Below are positions 12,093 through 23,662 of a DNA stretch of 64,000 nucleotides, one piece after another. The position numbers and the translations under genes were made by a program. Under the pieces are notes generated by a model, which saw only the letters and a program-made list of their open reading frames with translations, made no database searches and was not told the DNA's origin. Each line of letters begins with the position of its first letter. Within the stretch, counting starts at the first letter, position 1. The stretch lies in NCBI GenBank assembly GCA_963827655.1, contig CAWHCF010000020.1, positions 160,001 to 224,000 of the forward strand. Direction: 5' to 3'. Source of the stretch: an uncultured Acidobacteriota bacterium. Lineage in GTDB: Bacteria; Acidobacteriota; UBA6911.

Positions 12093-12114
12093 AAACGCAA
12101 GCCGCAACCTGGTT

Positions 12115-15100
12115 CTACCAGGTCAGCCGAAGCGTCAGTTGCAAGAGGCGAGCCCCGATGTCGGAGAACTGATTGGTGATAATCCCCGTGGTCGCGTTCG
12201 GCATCGCCGTGCCCGGCGTGTTGAAGACGTTAAAGAAGTCTATGTTGAACCGCAGAAACACGGTTTCCGTAAGCGGAATGGCCTTGAAGGCCGACGCATT
12301 CATCGACCATCGAATCGGGCCCGAAACGAACTGGTTCTGCAAGGGGTGCAGGTTCGGGTTGTAAGCGACTCGCTGGACCGTCCCGTTGTTCAAAGGCACA
12401 AACACGGTGTTGGTTTCATAGAACTGAAACAACGGATCGCTCGGGTTGCCGCCGTCCTTCGGAGTGGGGATCAGCCAGGTCTGGAACGGTCTGTAGCTGT
12501 CGGGAACTCCCATCACGCCGTTCGGCTTCCCGTTGCTGTCATAGCTGTTGATCCGGTTCGCCGGGATGTAGCCGTTGTAATAGAGCCACCCGTCGTAGCA
12601 AACCCCGCTCCGGCAGTCCTGGATCGGGTATTTCTTGCCGTAGACCTCCACTTTGTTGGCAGGACCGTACATCGTAGTCGGCAGCTGAAAATGCCGGCTG
12701 ATGAGCGCTCCATTGCCGGCGATCTGCCAGCCGCCGATCAGGCCATTGATGAAACCGTTGGTGTTGCCTCCCAGAAGCTTGCCGCGGCCGAAAGGCAGAT
12801 CCACGATCCAGTTCCAATTCACGCGATGCTTGGGAATGCCGATGTCTCGCCGGTAGAAGAGATACCGGTTGCGCTCGTTGTAATTCTGGGGGACGGCTCC
12901 CGGCATGAAGAGGTTAGGCTCCACTATAACATCGTCGCGCCAGCCGTCGCCGGCGACGCGCAGCGCGTTGCTCATGACGTAGAAGACCTGAAAGCCCAAG
13001 CCCTGAGAGAAACGGCGCTGGAATTCAGCCACGAAGCTGCTGTTATTCGACCAGCCGGTTTTCTGATATTGCCGGAGGGTGCCGAAGACTTCCCGATCGA
13101 AATTCCTCCGGGCCACGTCGGCGAAAGGGCCGGTAGGAAGAGGTTCGCCTGTGGTGGCGTGCCAGACATAGGCGTTGGGCGCATCGTTGTAGGAGTACCA
13201 CTGCGACAGTCTGGCGCCGTGTGTGCCGACGTAGCTCAGCCTCAGGCTCGTGTCGCCGAGAATCTCCTTCTCCAGCGTGAGGTTCCACTCCTGCGCGCGC
13301 GCCGTCGGCTGGTGCGGGTTGAGGTAGTGAGCCTGCGCGCTGCCCCGGGTAATGCCCGTGATCGTGTTGAGGTCGAGCGCGTCCTTGCTGTTGACCCCGG
13401 CAATGATCGTGGGCACGGAGCGCAACAGGTAGTTCGGCAACCCGTCAGGGCTCTGCTGGGCGACATTGGGATCGTTCGCGAAAGTAGCGGTGGTCGGCAC
13501 GATCGCTCGTGTGTCTCCGGTATAGAGCCGGATCGACTCGGGGAAAGCGTAGATCGCGTAGCCGCCCCGCAGGACGATGGGACGATCGAGCGACCCGATC
13601 CGCAGGGCGAAACCCGCGCGCGGTCCGAAGTCCCACTTGTTCGCGTAGATCAGGCTGTCGGGCAGGCCCGCCTCGGCCGGCGTTTCATACTTTACGCCGA
13701 GGTCCGCATAGGCCTTCGCGATGGTCGGGTGCACGTGACGCAGACTCGCCAACTCCTCGATCGACGCCCCCAGCATGATCGCTTTCGTCTTGGGGTTGAA
13801 GCCGACCAGGCTATTGTCCCGTTCCTTGGCGGGATGGTTGTACTCGTAGCGCAATCCGAGGTTCAGGGTCAGCCGTGAATTCACCTTGAAGTTGTCCTGG
13901 AAGTAGGCGGCGGTCTCGCCTGTCCTCAGGCGGAAAAACGATCGGTAAAACCTTGCCTGGTATCTTGCAATTCCCAGGTACAGGTTGGCGGCGTTGTGGC
14001 CGGTGAACGGGACGCCGCCGTAGGCTGAACCGGAGGCGGGATCGTAAAGCGCCGTGCCGAGCGAGGCAAACGTGAGCCTGCCCATGGTCTCCTGCTGGTC
14101 GGGAAGGATCTCGAGATCCTCGTAGCGCCACCGCCCGCCGAATTGAAACTCGTGCCGGCCGCGCACCTTGGTGAAATTCTGATCCACGCTGTAGATCCGG
14201 CTGAAGTCGATGTTCAGATTGGCGCTGGAGTCATAGTCCATCCCGAACCCGGTGTCTTGAATCCGAGGGAACCCGACGCCGGTGAATGGGTTCGGGACTC
14301 CGAGCCGAGCCGACAGGTTCTCGAGCGAGATCGGCGTTATGTTCCGGTTGTCCCGCTGCACGCTGAAGGTGGTCTCGCTGAAGAAGGTGGGCGAAACCGT
14401 GCGGTTCCACGATACCACGCCGCTGTCGTTGGACTGGTCGTCCGCCCTGGCATTCGCCAGCCCGTCCAGCGTGGTCGGCGCCGTGCGCCAGCGCCGACGT
14501 CAACCAGTTATAGGCAGGGTTGTGCGAATAACGGAAGAAGATCTGGTCGCGGCTGGAGAGCTGATGGTCGACCCGTGTCGTCACGGTATCCTGGTTGTTG
14601 TTGTTGAACCCGAGCCCAAACCAGTTATCGCCCACGAGCGGGTTCACGTTAGGGTGGGTGGGCAGAGGAGTGACGTTATAGAGGTAGGTGGCCAGCGGGC
14701 TACGGCGGTTGACCGGAATTCGATTGCCCGGGAAAGCCTGCCGCCGCCAGCCGGCATCGGTCGTCATCGGATCGTACAGGGTGAAGAGGCGCCCCTGGCC
14801 GTCGACAAGACCGCTGAAGTCGCCTTCGCGCATCGCGGCGGTCGGCATGCTCACGGACCTCGTCGAGGACTGCCTCTGACGAAAGCCTTCGTAGGCGAAG
14901 AAGAAGAACGTCCGGTTCCTGCCGTTATAGATGCGGGGCAGGATGACCGGCCCTCCCACCGAGGCGCCGAACTCGTTGCGCACCAGGTGCGGAGGCTTCT
15001 CGTAGTAGTCCTGCCGGGCGCGCGCCACGCCGATGCCGCTGTTGCGGGCGGTTTCGAAGATCGAGCCGTGGATCTCGTTGGTTCCGGCCCGGGTCGTCAG

Positions 15101-15785
15101 GATGACGGTGCCGGGGCGGTTCAGCTTTGCCGACGAGTTGCTGGTCTCGGCCCGGAACTCCTCGATCGTGTCCAGCCCGGGCGGCCGGGCCGGGATCTCC
15201 TGCCACTGGCGGTTCTCCAGAACCGCCCCGTCCTGCAGCATCTCGACGGCATAGCGCAGGCCAAAGACGCGCGGAACCGAGCCCGACTCGAATCCCGGCG
15301 TCGTCATGTAAAGCAGGTTCTGAATATACCGTCCGTTGACGGGCAACTGGTCGATGCGGGCGCGTTCGACCACATTGGCCAGCGTCGGGTTTGTGGTCGT
15401 CACCAGCGGGGTGACGTTGCCGGCCACCGTGATCTCCGTCGCCGCCGCGCGGATCTTAAGCACCGGATTCACCTCGGCGGTCTGGCCGACCTGGAGGGTC
15501 AGTTCGCCTTTCCAGGTTTCCATCGCCGGCATGTCGACGGTGATTTCGATACGGCCCCATTTGCACCGAGGGGAAAAGGTAGAACCCGACCTCCGTGCTC
15601 GCCGTGGTGTACTGCCGCGCAGTCTGGGTGTGAGTGATGGTCACCGTAGCCCCCGGCAGCACCGCGCCCGAGGCGTCCTTGACGGTCCCCTGAATGCTGC
15701 CCGCGCCGGTTTGGCCCCAGCAAGGAACGGATGACAGAAGGAGAAGGAAGAGCGCCGACCACAGCCGCACGGTTTGCCGATTCAT
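12115..15785 (-). CDS. Oar-like TonB-dependent receptor B, copy 1 (frameshifts near 15548 and 14486)
   Basis: Signal peptide MNRQTVRLWSALFLLL, GSIQGTVKDASGAVLPGA, YFQDNFKVNSRLTLNLGLRYEY, terminal LQLTLRLTW; RBS ggaggt. Confidence 0.9.
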
Positions 15786-15917
15786 GTTCGACCTCCCGGA
15801 GAGAGGATTTTGTGGAAATTCGAGTTGGCCACGTTATAGCAGGTAGACCGAGAAAAATAAACAAATCGATTGCGATGATTTCGGATTGCGGATTGGGCCG
15901 CAACCGAAGTGGTTTTA

Positions 15918-15980
15918 GTGTTTTCTTCGTGTCTTTGTGTCTTCGTGGTTAGAGCTGTCTAACAAATACCACTGAGACTC
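15918..15980. repeat. 8-nt-period REP-like element at the receptor B duplication junction
   Basis: gtgttttcttcgtgtctttgtgtcttcgtggttagagctgtctaacaaataccac; its left arm is inverted relative to 12062-12092. Confidence 0.8.
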
Positions 15981-16183
15981 GCTGATGAAGCGCTGCTCCT
16001 TCTTCCCTCTGATTGCCCGGTCCCATCCGGTTGAGTGTTTGGTGAAGTCTCTTGAAGAACAATTGACGACGCCCGGCGTGGGGATGAAAAACGCGCGCCC
16101 GCACTTCGTGGTTAGAGCTGTTTAACAAATACCACGAAGACTCAAAGACACGAAGAAACACAAACGCAAGCCGCAACCTGGTT

Positions 16184-19100
16184 CTACCAGGTCAGCCGAA
16201 GCGTCAGTTGCAAAAGGCGAGCCCCGATGTCGGAGAACTGATTGGTGATTATCCCCGTGGTCGCGTTCGGCATCGCCGTGCCTGGCGTGTTGAAGACGTT
16301 AAAGAAGTCTATGTTGAAGCGCACGAAAACGGTTTCCGTAAGCGGAATGGCCTTGAAGGCCGACGCATTCATCGACCAGCGAATCGGGCCTGAGACGAAC
16401 TGGTTCTGCAAGGGGTGCAGGTTCGGGTTGTAAGCCACTCTCTGGACCGTCCCGTTGTTCAAAGGCACAAACACGGTGTTGGTTTCATAGAACTGAAACA
16501 ACGGATCGCTCGGGTTGCCGCCGTCCTTCGGAGTGGGGATCAGCCAGGTCTGGAACGGTCTGTAGCTGTCGGGCACTCCCATCACGCCGTTCGGTTTCCC
16601 GTTGCTGTCATAGCTGTTGATCCGGTTCGCCGGGATGTAGCCGTTGTAATAGAGCCACCCGTCGTAGCAAACCCCGCTCCGGCAGTCCTGGATCGGGTAT
16701 TTCTTGCCGTAGACCTCCACTTTGTTGGCGGGACCGTACATGGTAGTCGGCAGCTGAAAATGCCGGCTGATGAGCGCTCCATTGCCGGCGATCTGCCAGC
16801 CGCCGATCAGGCCATTGATGAAACCGCTGGTGTTGCCCCCGAATAGCTTGCCGCGCCCGAAAGGAAGATCCACGATCCAGTTCCAATTCAAGCGATGCTT
16901 GGGAATGCCGATGTCTCGCCGGTAGAAGAGATACCGGTTGCGCTCGTTGTAATCTTTGGGGGACGGCTCCCGGCATGAAGAGGTTAGGCTCCACTATAAC
17001 GTCGTCGCGCCAGCCGTCGCCGGCGACGCGCAGCGCGTTGCTCATGACGTAGAAGACCTGAAAGCCCAAGCCCTGAGAGAAACGGCGCTGGAATTCAACC
17101 AAGAAGCTGTTGTTATTCGACCAGCCGGTTTTCTGATACTGCCGGAGGGTGCCGAAGACTTCCCGATCGAAATTCCTCCGGGCCACGTCGGCAAAAGGGC
17201 CGGTAGGAAGAGGTTCGCCTGTGGTAGCGTGCCAGACATAGGCGTTGGGCGCATCATTGTAGGAGTACCACTGCGACAGTCTGGCGCCGTGTGTGCCGAC
17301 GTAGCTCAGCCTCAGGCTGGTGTCGCCGAGAATCTCCTTCTCCAGCGTGAGGTTCCACTCCTGCGCGCGCGCCGTCGGCTGGTCTGGGTTGAGATAGTGA
17401 GCCTGCGCGCTGCCCCGGGTAATGCCCGGGATCGTGTTGAGGTCGAGCGCGTCCTTGCTGTTGAGCCCGGCAATGATCGTGGGCACGGAGCGCAACAGGT
17501 AGTTCGGCAGCCCGTCAGGGCTCTGCTGGGCGACATTGGGATCGTTCACGAAAGTAGCGGTGGTCGGCACGATCGCTCGTGTGTCTCCGGTATAGAGCCG
17601 GATCTGACTCGGGGAAGGCGTAGATCGCGTAGCCGCCCCGCAGGACGATGGGACGATCGAGCGACCCGATCCGTAGCGCGAAACCCGCGCGCGGTCCGAA
17701 GTCCCACTTGTTCGCGTAGATCAGGCTGTCGGGGAGCCCCGCCTCAGCCGGCGTCTCGTACTTTACGCCGAGATCCGCATAGGCCTTCGCGATGGTCGGG
17801 TGCACGTGCCGCAGACTCGACAACTCCTCGATGGACGCCCCCAGCACAATGGCTTTTGTCTTGGGGTTGAAGCCGACCAGGCTATTGTCCCGTTCTTTGG
17901 CGGGATGGTTGTACTCGTAGCGCAATCCGAGGTTCAGGGTCAGCCGTGAATTCACCTTGAAGTTGTCCTGGAAGTAGGCGGCGGTCTCGCCTGTCCTCAG
18001 GCGGAAAAACGATCGGTAAAACCTTGCCTGGTATCTTGCAATTCCCAGATACAGGTTGGCGGCGTTGTGGCCGGTGAACGGGACGCCGCCGTAGGCTGAA
18101 CCGGAGGCGGGATCGTAAAGCGCCGTGCCGAGCGAGGCAAACGTGAGCCTGCCCATGGTCTCCTGCTGGTCGGGAAGGATCTCGAGATCCTCGTAGCGCC
18201 ACCGCCCGCCGAATTGAAACTCGTGCCGGCCGCGCACCTTGGTGAAGTTCTGATCCACGCTGTAAATCCGGCTGTAGTCGATGTTCAGATTGGCGCTGGA
18301 GTCATAGTCCATCCCGAACCCGGTATCTTGAATCCGAGGGAACCCGACGCCGGTGAATGGGTTCGGGACTCCGAGCCGAGCCGACAGATTCTCGAGCGAG
18401 ATCGGCGTTATGTTCCGGTTGTCCAGCTGCACGCTGAAGGTGGTCTCGCTGAAGAACGTGGGCGAAACCGTGCGGTTCCACGAGACCACGCCGCTGTCGT
18501 TGGACTGGTCGTCCGCCCTGGCATTCGCCAGCCCGTCCAGCGTGGTCGGCGCCGTGCCCAGCGCCGACGTCAACCAGTTATAGGCGGGGTTGTGCGAATA
18601 CCGGAAGAAGATCTGGTCGCGGCTGGAGAGCTGATGGTCGACCCGTGTCGTCATCGGTATCCTGGTTGTTGTTGTTGAACCCAAGCCCAAACCAGTTATC
18701 GCCCACGAGCGGGTTCACGTTAGGGTGGGTGGGCAGAGGAGTGACGTTATAGAGGTAGGTGGCCAGCGGGCTGCGGCGGTTGACGGGAATTCGATTGCCT
18801 GGGAAAGCCTGCCGCCGCCAGCCGGAGTCGGTCGTCATCGGATCGTACAGGGTGGAGAGGCGCCCCTGGCCGTCGACAAGACCGCTGAAGTCCCCTTCGC
18901 GCATCGCGGCGGTCGGCACGCTCACGGACCTCGTCGAGGACTGCCTCTGACGGAAGCCCTCGTAGGCGAAGAAGAAGAACGTCCGGTTCCTGCCGTTATA
19001 GATGCGGGGCAGGATGACCGGCCCTCCCACCGAGGCGCCGAACTCGTTGCGCACCAGGTGCGGAGGCTTCTCGTAGTAGTCCTGCCGGGCGCGCGCCACG

Positions 19101-19855
19101 CCGATGCCGCTGTTGCGGGCGGTCTCGAAGATCGAGCCGTGGATCTCGTTGGTTCCGGCACGGGTCGTCAGGATGACGGTGCCGGGACGGTTCAGCTTTG
19201 CCGACGAGTTGCTGGTCTCGGCCCGGAACTCCTCGATCGTGTCCAGCCCGGGGGGCCGGGCCGGGATCTCCTGCCACTGGCGGTTCTCCAGAACCGCCCC
19301 GTCCTGCAGCATCTCGACGGCATAGCGCAGGCCAAAGACGCGCGGAACAGAGCCCGACTCGAATCCCGGCGTCGTCATGTAAAGCAGGTTCTGAATATAC
19401 CGTCCGTTGACGGGCAACTGGTCGATGCGGGCGCGTTCGACCACATTGGCCAGCGTCGGGTTTGTGGTCGTCACCAGCGGGGTGACGTTGCCGGCCACCG
19501 TGATCTCCGTCGCCGCCGCGCGGATCTTAAGCACTGGGTTCACCTCGGCGGTCTGGCCGACCTGAAGGGTCAGTTCGCCCTTCCAGGTTTCCATCGCAGG
19601 CATGTCGACGGTGATTTCATACGGCCCCATTTGTACCGAGGGGAAAAGGTAGAACCCGACCTCCGTGCTCGCCGTGGTGTACTGCCGCGCAGTCTGGGTG
19701 TGAGTGATGGTCACCGTAGCCCCCGGCAGCACCGCGCCCGAGGCGTCCTTGACGGTCCCCTGAATGCTTCCGGTGCCGGTTTGGCCCCAGCAAGGAACGG
19801 ATGACAGAAGGAGAAGGAAGAGCGCCGACCATAGCCGCACGGTTTGCCGATTCAT
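16184..19855 (-). CDS. Oar-like TonB-dependent receptor B, copy 2 (frameshifts near 18655, 17606 and 16955)
   Basis: Near-identical to 12115-15785; ORF pieces 18578-19855, 17515-18690, 16608-17570 and 16184-16891. Confidence 0.9.
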
Positions 19856-20087
19856 GTTCGACCTCCCGGAGAGAGGATTTTGTGGAAATTCGAGTTGGCC
19901 ACGTTATAGCAGGTAGACCGAGAAAAATAAACAGTAACGATTGCGGATTTCGGATTTCGGATTGAAATTCGTCGTTAGGAAGATCGGATGTCTCGCACGC
20001 CGGCCGCAATCCGCAATCCGCAATGGATTTGTGGTTGTCGAAAGGAACCTGTTGGAGGTATCGTTAGACGTACGTTTGGAGATTGCA

Positions 20088-20369
20088 ATGCCAAAAGTTC
20101 CCGACATCATTCCCGTGACCGATCTCCGCCAGGATGCAGCCGGGGCACTCAAGCGGGTCCGCTCGTCAAAGCAGCCGCTGGTAATCACACAGCGGGGGCG
20201 CGCGGCCGCGGTGATGCTGAGTATCGAGGCATATGAATCCGCCGAACATGAACGTCAACTGCTGCATCTGTTGGCTCGTGGTGACAAAGAGATTGCTTCT
20301 GGCGACGGATACGATCTTGATGCGGTTCTCAAGGAAGCCGATGCACTCCTCGCACGACTCGGAAAGTGA
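20088..20369 (+). CDS. Phd/YefM family antitoxin
   Basis: MPKVPDIIPVTDLRQDAAGALKRV...PLVITQRGRAAAVMLS; stop overlaps the toxin start (GTGA). Confidence 0.9.
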   Translation: MPKVPDIIPVTDLRQDAAGALKRVRSSKQPLVITQRGRAAAVMLSIEAYESAEHERQLLHLLARGDKEIASGDGYDLDAVLKEADALLARLGK

Positions 20370-20668
20370 GAGTCCGCGTTTACGTCTTCAGGTCGTCGTG
20401 AGTTCCTGACGGCTCTGGCTTACATCCAGCGGGAAAATCCAGGGGCAGCGCGAAAGCTGCGACTCAAGGCCGAACGCACCCTTCGCCGACTGAGTCGTAT
20501 CCGAAATCGGGACGACTGATCCCGGAGTTTCCAGATCTCCCGTACCGAGAGGTGATTGTGCCGTCATATCGTTTCTTTTATCGCGTCGAGGCAAAGGTTG
20601 TTTGGGTGGTGGCCGTATGGCACGCAGCGCAACTGCCGGGGGAGCCGGCGAGCGACCGAAGTGTCTGA
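20366..20668 (+). CDS. RelE/ParE family toxin (two frameshifts, absent from the ORF track)
   Basis: Manual translation: ...REFLTALAYIQRENPGAARKL...PKSGRLIPEFPDLPYREVIVPSYRFFYRVEAKVVWVVAVWHAAQLP. Confidence 0.85.
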
Positions 20669-20734
20669 ACACGCGGCGCTCGACCGGGCCGAAGTCCGCA
20701 GTGATGACAACTCAATCCGCAATCCGCAATCGAT

Positions 20735-21967
20735 ATGGTATTCTCGCTGCCGTGGACAGACTCGCTGCCGATTCGTCTGCAATCCGCAATCCGCAATCCG
20801 CAAATCTGCAATCGGTCGAGGCCCGTACTGCAGCGGAGATGGCGATGGGCGCCTGCGCTAGCGCCGCTATTGGGCGCGGTGCTGCTTTGGGCTCAAAAGG
20901 ATATCGATGTTCGCGCGCATCTGGAGCGGGCTGAACAGGCGCTGCAGCGGAGCGATCCCGAGACCGCAAGGAAAGAACTGCAGGAAGCCGTTCGGCTGAA
21001 TCCCTCGTCCGCGGAGGCCCACGCGCGGCTGGGCATGGTTTACCGCAAGCTGGGTATGCCGGCCCAGGCCGCCGAGTCGCTGGAGCGGGCGGTGCGGCTG
21101 GAGCCGGATCCGCGAGTGAAGGTCTTGCTGGCCTTCAGCTACAAGGAGGCGGGCCGCTACCGGGAAGCCATTCCGCTGCTCGAGGCGAGCTTCGAAAGCG
21201 AACCGAAAGATTCACTCCGGTCCGTGGTCGGGCAGCACCTGGTGGAATGTCATCTATCGGTCGGCGCGAACGAGCGAGCTCTGGCGGTAGTTCAGAAGCT
21301 GCGCCAGATCGCTCCGGACGACCCGGGCGTGCTCTACCTGTCGTCGAAAGTGTACCTGACCCTGTGGAATGGCGCCTTCCAGCGCATGATGGCGAAGGCG
21401 CCCGATTCCTACCAGGTGCACCTGATTCGGGCTGAGGCCCTGGAAGCCCAGGAGAAGTTCGCCGAGGCGGCCGGCGAATACCGGCAAGTCCTGAAAATCG
21501 CCCCGCAGACCGCAGGAATCCATTACCGTCTGGCGCGCATGATCCTTCGGGGCGGCGCGTCCGGGGACGCGGATCAGGAGGCCCTGGCGGAATTTCGCAA
21601 AGAACTGGAGATCAACCCGGGAGATGTTCACGCGATCACAGGTATGGGCGAGATCCACCTCGGCCGGAACCGCCTGGAGGAAGCGGCTCGAAGCTTCCAG
21701 CAGGCCGTCAGTTTGCAACCCGGATATGTGCCGGCCAGAATCGGGTTGGCGAAGATACTGATCGCGGAAAAGCAATGGTCGAATGCCCTCGAGCATCTCG
21801 AGGCCGCGAGCAAGCAAGCGCCTGACGAGGAAGCTGTCGTCTACAACCTCATGATCGTCTATCGGGGACTGGGCCGTTCTGAGGATGCCAGGCGCGCCTT
21901 CGATCAGTTTCAACGCCTGAAGGAGCAGAACCAGCAGAGCCGGCCGAAGGTCACACCGCCGCAATGA
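20735..21967 (+). CDS. Tetratricopeptide-repeat protein, probably exported (true start likely downstream of the heptamer array)
   Basis: Multiple TPR units (AEAHARLGMVY, HYRLAR, ARIGLAK); hydrophobic leader. Confidence 0.85.
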   Translation: MVFSLPWTDSLPIRLQSAIRNPQICNRSRPVLQRRWRWAPALAPLLGAVLLWAQKDIDVRAHLERAEQALQRSDPETARKELQEAVRLNPSSAEAHARLGMVYRKLGMPAQAAESLERAVRLEPDPRVKVLLAFSYKEAGRYREAIPLLEASFESEPKDSLRSVVGQHLVECHLSVGANERALAVVQKLRQIAPDDPGVLYLSSKVYLTLWNGAFQRMMAKAPDSYQVHLIRAEALEAQEKFAEAAGEYRQVLKIAPQTAGIHYRLARMILRGGASGDADQEALAEFRKELEINPGDVHAITGMGEIHLGRNRLEEAARSFQQAVSLQPGYVPARIGLAKILIAEKQWSNALEHLEAASKQAPDEEAVVYNLMIVYRGLGRSEDARRAFDQFQRLKEQNQQSRPKVTPPQ

Positions 21968-23646
21968 TCCGGTCCGCCCGCTTCCTCTTGCTACTGGCCA
22001 GTGCAGCGTGGTGGCCTGCCGGCGGGCAGGTCGAGATCCATTTCGTGGATATCGCGCCCGCAGCAGGCCTGACGGTGAAGACGGTCTTCGGGGGCGAGAA
22101 GACCAAGCGCTACATTCTGGAAACAACCGGAGGCGGCGCGGCATTTTTTGACTACGACAATGACGGCTGGCTGGATATCTTTCTCGTGAACGGCTCGAGC
22201 TTCGAGGGTCCCGTCGCCGCCACCAATCACCTGTACCGCAATAATCGCGACCGCACGTTTCAGGACGTCACGGTTCGTGCCGGACTCGAGAGGTCCGGAT
22301 GGGGTCAGGGAGTCTGTGCCGGAGATTATGACAACGACGGCGACACCGACCTCTTCGTCACGTACTGGGGACAGAATGTGCTGCATAGAAACAATGGAGA
22401 CGGCACATTCGCCGATATCACCCAGGCAGCGGGCCTGAAGGGCTCTCGCGTGCGCTGGGGGAGCGGTTGCGCCTTTGTCGATTACGACCGGGATGGACGG
22501 CTGGACCTGTTCGTTTCGAACTATATCGACTTCGATCCGAAGGCGGCGCCGGAGCCGGGCTCAGGCCCAACCTGTCTGTTCCGCGGCCTGGCCGTCAACT
22601 GCGGGCCGCGCGGCCTGAAAGGCGAGACCAATCTTCTGTTTCACAACCAGGGCGGAGGAAGATTCGAAGATGTGTCGGAAAGGTCCGGCATCTCCAGGGC
22701 CAGCGGCCATTACGGGCTGGGCGTGCTGGTCGCGGATTTTGACAGCGACGGATGGCCTGACATCTACGTAGCCAACGACCGCAGCGCGAGCTTGTTGTTT
22801 CACAACCGCCGCGACGGCACTTTCGAGGAGATGGGCATCTTTGCCGGCTGCGCCTTCGACGCCGATGGCAAGGCGACGGCCGGAATGGGAGTGGCCGCGG
22901 GCGACTTTGACCGCGACGGCTGGCTTGACATCCTGAAAACGAACTTCTCCGATGAGTCCGCGTCGTTGTACCACAATAGACGGGACGGGCTCTTCGTCGA
23001 CTCCGCTTTGCGGTGGGGGTTGGGACGGAACCGGAAATGGGTGGGTTGGGGATGTGGCTTCGCGGATTTTGATAATGACCGGTGGCCGGACATTCTCATC
23101 GTGAACGGTCACGTATTTCCGGAGCTGGACGACGCCGGCCTCGGGCTGAGCTTCCGGCAGCCGAAAGTGCTGTATCGCAATATCGGCGGCGAGCGCTTCG
23201 AAGATGTGTCCGCGACGGGTGGCGCCGTGATCACCAGCCCCGCGTCCGCGCGCGGCGCCGCCTTCGGCGACTTCGACAATGACGGCCGGCTGGACGTCGT
23301 GATCAACAACATGCATGACGCGCCTTCCCTGCTGCACGCCCAAACTCGAAACCAGAATCACTGGCTCCAGGTTCGCCTGGAGGGGGTCCAGTCGAATCGA
23401 AGCGCGGTCGGAGCGCGGGTCGCGTGCGTGACAGGCAAGTTCCGGCAGATCCAGGAGGTTCGCAGCGGGGGCAGCTTTTTCTCGCAGAACGACTTCCGTC
23501 TGCATTTCGGGCTCGGCGATGCCCGCCGCGTCGATGTGCTCGAGATCCGGTGGCCCGATGGCTCGGTGGAGCGGGTCGTGGACTGCGATGCGGATCAGAT
23601 TATTTCGGTCAAGCAAGGATCGGGGATCGTCTCCCGGAAGCCCTGA
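21964..23646 (+). CDS. CRTAC1-family protein (FG-GAP repeats plus ASPIC/UnbV domain)
   Basis: Repeated DYDNDGWLD-type motifs; C-terminal SQNDFRLHFGLG and IRWPDG; ATGA overlap with the TPR gene. Confidence 0.92.
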   Translation: MIRSARFLLLLASAAWWPAGGQVEIHFVDIAPAAGLTVKTVFGGEKTKRYILETTGGGAAFFDYDNDGWLDIFLVNGSSFEGPVAATNHLYRNNRDRTFQDVTVRAGLERSGWGQGVCAGDYDNDGDTDLFVTYWGQNVLHRNNGDGTFADITQAAGLKGSRVRWGSGCAFVDYDRDGRLDLFVSNYIDFDPKAAPEPGSGPTCLFRGLAVNCGPRGLKGETNLLFHNQGGGRFEDVSERSGISRASGHYGLGVLVADFDSDGWPDIYVANDRSASLLFHNRRDGTFEEMGIFAGCAFDADGKATAGMGVAAGDFDRDGWLDILKTNFSDESASLYHNRRDGLFVDSALRWGLGRNRKWVGWGCGFADFDNDRWPDILIVNGHVFPELDDAGLGLSFRQPKVLYRNIGGERFEDVSATGGAVITSPASARGAAFGDFDNDGRLDVVINNMHDAPSLLHAQTRNQNHWLQVRLEGVQSNRSAVGARVACVTGKFRQIQEVRSGGSFFSQNDFRLHFGLGDARRVDVLEIRWPDGSVERVVDCDADQIISVKQGSGIVSRKP

Positions 23647-23662
23647 AGCGCAAACAGAAAAG

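Larger units (their letters stand above)
11910..19933 (-). repeat. Tandem direct duplication with an offset of about 4069 bp (11910-15863 matches 15979-19933; 15864-15978 is unique)
   Basis: Direct comparison; starts at tcgctgatgaagcg and ends at agaaaaataaaca. Confidence 0.95.
19939..20813. repeat. CAATCCG heptamer tandem arrays (19939-19964 reversed; 20004-20024; 20713-20731; 20778-20813; also 15868-15895 reversed)
   Basis: Directly visible caatccgcaatccg and cggattgcggatt arrays. Confidence 0.9.

Noticed and set aside
11724-12107. ORFs of 110-118 aa at the island edge
   Set aside because: No recognisable protein in the frames examined; partly translated repeat.
12035-16161. Repeat core as an integron attC (contains GTTAGA and RYYYAAC)
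   Set aside because: The boxes are in the reverse order to attC and only a few bases apart; no integrase is present.
12139-19804. Long plus-strand ORFs opposite the receptor B genes (also 22561-23709, 45869-47287, 60153-61511)
   Set aside because: Antisense shadows of high-GC genes with no recognisable motifs.
1-19933. Diversity-generating retroelement (template/variable repeat) explanation for the receptor pairs
   Set aside because: Differences are not adenine-specific, are mostly synonymous and span whole genes; no reverse transcriptase is in the window.
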